Shown one piece after another: positions 61,692 to 64,000 of a DNA stretch of 64,000 nucleotides. This DNA is from Acidimicrobiales bacterium. Its GTDB lineage: Bacteria > Actinomycetota > Acidimicrobiia > Acidimicrobiales > RAAP-2. The notes below the pieces were generated by a model, which saw only the letters and a program-made list of their open reading frames with translations, was not told where the DNA came from and made no database searches. The stretch is from the NCBI GenBank assembly GCA_036844945.1, contig DAIUEV010000015.1:66-64065 (forward strand), written 5' to 3'. A program made the translations under genes and the position numbers. Each line of letters opens with the position of its first letter. Within the stretch, counting starts at the first letter, position 1.

Positions 61692-62621
61692 TCAACGGAA
61701 GGCCGGCATCACCTCCTCGGCTATCCAGTGGAGGCTCTCAAGGTGCTCAGCGAGCGATGTCGACGGCGGTGCGGGCACCGATGTCCACGTGACACCCAGA
61801 TCCTGGAGATGCCCGATGGCATCGATGACGGCCTGTTTGCCGACAGGCATCGGACGCCCAGCGGAGCCGTCCTCGAGCGGGCGGTGGTCCTCGGACACCG
61901 CGAGTGTGCTCAGTGGCATCGCCACATCGAACGCCCGTGTCCGGGCCTCGAATTCGGGGAGTGAGCGGATGTACTCCATGCACGCGGGGAGCTGATCGGG
62001 GGTGACGAGCCACGGGTACCAGCCGTCGTGGCGTGCAGCCCGGCGCATTGCCGCACGAGAGTTGCCGCCGATCCAGATTGGCGGGTATGGCTGCTGGACG
62101 GGCTTGGGTTCGAACGCGACGCGATCGAAGTCCACGAAACGACCGTGGAACGCCGGCTCGTCGCTCGTCCAGAGCTCGATCATGGCGGCAAGATACTCAT
62201 CGGTGATCTGACCGCGCTCGTGGAACGGGACCCCGAGGACTTCGAACTCCCGCTCTGCGTGTCCGACTCCAATCGAGGCGCGGACCCGTCCTCCAGATAA
62301 CAGGTCCAGCGTCGAGACGGCCTTGGCGAACACGACCGGGTCGTGGTACGGCAGGACGATCACGCTCGAATCAACGATGAGGTGCGACGTGGCTCCAGCG
62401 ACGAAGGCCATGGCGGTGAACGCATGTGTCCAGAACGATCCCATGAGCTCGACCATCTCCAACGGCATTGCAATGTGTTCTGGGATCGCGATGGAGTCGA
62501 AACCGAGTTCATCAGCAGTCCGAGCGACCAGCTGAAAGTCCTCGGTTCGCATGGTCTTTTCCCAGTCGCGGACGATGGGTGGGTAGCGCGTCAGGCCCGG
62601 CAAACCGGTTGAGAACTTCAT
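61692..62621 (-). CDS. Luciferase-like monooxygenase (LLM) family oxidoreductase, probably F420-dependent
   Basis: LGFDSIAIPEH, LDLLSGGRVRASIGVGH and PPIWIGGNS motifs. Confidence 0.85.
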   Translation of the reverse strand: MKFSTGLPGLTRYPPIVRDWEKTMRTEDFQLVARTADELGFDSIAIPEHIAMPLEMVELMGSFWTHAFTAMAFVAGATSHLIVDSSVIVLPYHDPVVFAKAVSTLDLLSGGRVRASIGVGHAEREFEVLGVPFHERGQITDEYLAAMIELWTSDEPAFHGRFVDFDRVAFEPKPVQQPYPPIWIGGNSRAAMRRAARHDGWYPWLVTPDQLPACMEYIRSLPEFEARTRAFDVAMPLSTLAVSEDHRPLEDGSAGRPMPVGKQAVIDAIGHLQDLGVTWTSVPAPPSTSLAEHLESLHWIAEEVMPAFR

Positions 62622-62950
62622 GGTCTGAAGCCTCCTGGCGTCACCATCACGCCGTCAAGGACGGACCCTCAGGAGCCTCGGTCGGACCCACGGCATCGGA
62701 CCCTTGCGGATCCGAAGCTAAAGACGGCTGATGCTTGAAAAGTCGCTAACCAGCTGCGTTTCGGTAGGCCCTTTCTGGGACCTGGGTTTGCCCAACAGCC
62801 GTCGTTAGTGCCTTGGCAATCGGGAAGTAGAGCGACTGCCTCCAGCTCTTGCGATAATCGGCTGCGACGTGCCAGGGAGTGACGTCGGCTCTCACGCTGG
62901 CAGTGGGTCGAGTCAAGATCGCGTCATTGCAAAGCCGTGAAGGGGGACCC

Positions 62951-64000
62951 TTGGAGTACAACCCGTTCGCTCGCGAGACGCAGATGAACCCATATCCGGT
63001 CTACCGATGGCTGCGTGACGAGGCCCCCGTCTACCACAACGCCGAGATCGGGTTCTACGCGTTGTCTCGCTTCGACGACGTGTTGCAGGCGCACCGAGAC
63101 GCCGGCACGTTCATTTCCCGTTACGGGCCCCAGATCGAGCGGTGGGACGGCACTGCCGACGTACTTATCGCGACCGACGATCCGGATCACGGATGGCAAC
63201 GGAAGCTGGTATCACGCCTGTTTACCCCTCGGGCGATCAACGCCCTTGAACCCAAGGTGCAAGCGATCGCAGCCGGCGTGCTGGACGAAGCACGTGAACG
63301 CGGTGAACTGGACGTCGTCATCGACTTCTCGGGGTACCTGCCGATGATGGTCATCGCCGAGATGCTCGGGCTCCCCCAAGAGGCTCGTGGTGATCTGCGA
63401 CGGTTGTCGGACCGAATGCTCGATCGCAGCGACGCGGACGAGACTGGCGAGCCTGCAGCGGAGGCGACGGCCGCGATTCTCGAGGCTCACACGATTCTCG
63501 AACAGATTGTCGAAGAGAAGGAAAAGAGCCCGAGCGACGATATAGCGTCGCTCCTCCTCACGGAGACTGTCACCGACGAGGAGGGCGTCGAACGCCGACT
63601 CAACCGAGTACAGGTTGTCTACCGTCTGATGGAGCTCATCGCTGCCGGACATGAGACCACGGCGAAGCTGATCGCGAACGGGATCGTCGCGCTGACGTGG
63701 TATCGGGACCAGCGAGCCGAGCTCGTCGCCGACCCATCGCTCATTCCCCAGGCGGTCGAGGAGATGCTCCGCTGGGACCCACCGTCGCACTACCAAGGTC
63801 GGTGGGTTGAGCGAGACGTGACGCTCCACGGACTGAACATTCCGGCTGATTCCCGCGTCATTCTCGTGACCGGCGCGGCCAATCACGACGAGCGCGTCTT
63901 CGAGGAACCAGAGCTCTTCGATATCCACCGCAAGATCGAACGCCATGTCGCGTTCGGATTCGGCATACACCTGTGCATTGGAGCTGCGCTGGCTCGGCTC
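62951..64000 (+). CDS. Cytochrome P450 (3'-truncated by the window end)
   Basis: This gene is not in the ORF track because no stop falls in the window, so I translated it by hand with no internal stop. It has the I-helix AAGHETT, EEMLRW (ExxR) and the heme loop FGFGIHLCIGAALARL at the last codons. The start is uncertain among TTG 62951, TTG 62927 and ATG 62984. Confidence 0.9.
   Translation, partial: MEYNPFARETQMNPYPVYRWLRDEAPVYHNAEIGFYALSRFDDVLQAHRDAGTFISRYGPQIERWDGTADVLIATDDPDHGWQRKLVSRLFTPRAINALEPKVQAIAAGVLDEARERGELDVVIDFSGYLPMMVIAEMLGLPQEARGDLRRLSDRMLDRSDADETGEPAAEATAAILEAHTILEQIVEEKEKSPSDDIASLLLTETVTDEEGVERRLNRVQVVYRLMELIAAGHETTAKLIANGIVALTWYRDQRAELVADPSLIPQAVEEMLRWDPPSHYQGRWVERDVTLHGLNIPADSRVILVTGAANHDERVFEEPELFDIHRKIERHVAFGFGIHLCIGAALARL

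Noticed and set aside
62746-62961. 71-aa minus-strand ORF in the LLM/P450 spacer.
   Set aside because: It has no motif and odd composition, overlaps the P450 start region, and has no RBS. It is probably non-coding promoter DNA.
63212-63970. 252-aa minus-strand ORF offered by the ORF track at the right end of the window.
   Set aside because: The plus strand here translates without stops into an unmistakable cytochrome P450 (AGHETT, ExxR, FGFGIHLCIG). The minus-strand ORF is its shadow.
1-64000. Search by eye for CRISPR arrays, IS elements or transposases, integrases, tRNA/rRNA genes and toxin-antitoxin pairs.
   Set aside because: I noticed no regularly spaced repeats, no DDE, tyrosine- or serine-recombinase-like ORFs, and no tRNA-like T-arm/acceptor pattern. 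A computational scan (tRNAscan-SE, ISEScan, CRISPRCasFinder) would still be needed to be certain.

Overview
This is a 64-kb stretch of a high-GC, Actinobacteria-like chromosome, densely packed with about 65 protein-coding genes on both strands. I saw no rRNA, tRNA, CRISPR array, transposase or integrase.

From 1 to about 51.5 kb the content looks like core metabolism:
- a MerR regulator with a textbook operator
- a gamma-glutamyl-amine (Puu-like) catabolic trio
- a leuB-ilvE-cimA operon preceded by an Ile-rich leader peptide and terminator, a candidate attenuator
- an EamA transporter and a carboxylesterase
- a glycine-betaine-type ABC transporter whose ATPase is split off and coupled to a nitroreductase
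- a leucine-catabolism cluster under a TetR regulator
- an MFS pump, lgt, and a RipA-like NlpC/P60 hydrolase
- a CitE-like lyase, a long acyl-CoA dehydrogenase and a MaoC hydratase
- a MutY-like glycosylase, a Baeyer-Villiger monooxygenase and an acyl-CoA synthetase
- rmlC
- an unusual suf Fe-S assembly locus
- thiE

The suf locus is unusual in four ways. sufB carries a 406-aa LAGLIDADG intein. A four-Cys ORF sits between sufB and sufD. There are two diverged sufC copies. The cluster is split into convergent halves by an LCP gene.

From about 51.6 kb onward the DNA is visibly less GC-rich and the genes look accessory. They include TetR + GT1 glycosyltransferase, a BBE-type FAD oxidase, an AAA+ ATPase with an unknown N-terminal domain, a cold-shock protein, a secreted beta-propeller, an amidohydrolase, an LLM oxidoreductase and a P450 truncated by the window end.

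All functional calls rest on motif and family recognition by eye, with no database search. Many start codons are uncertain because high GC creates long spurious N-terminal extensions and antisense shadow ORFs.
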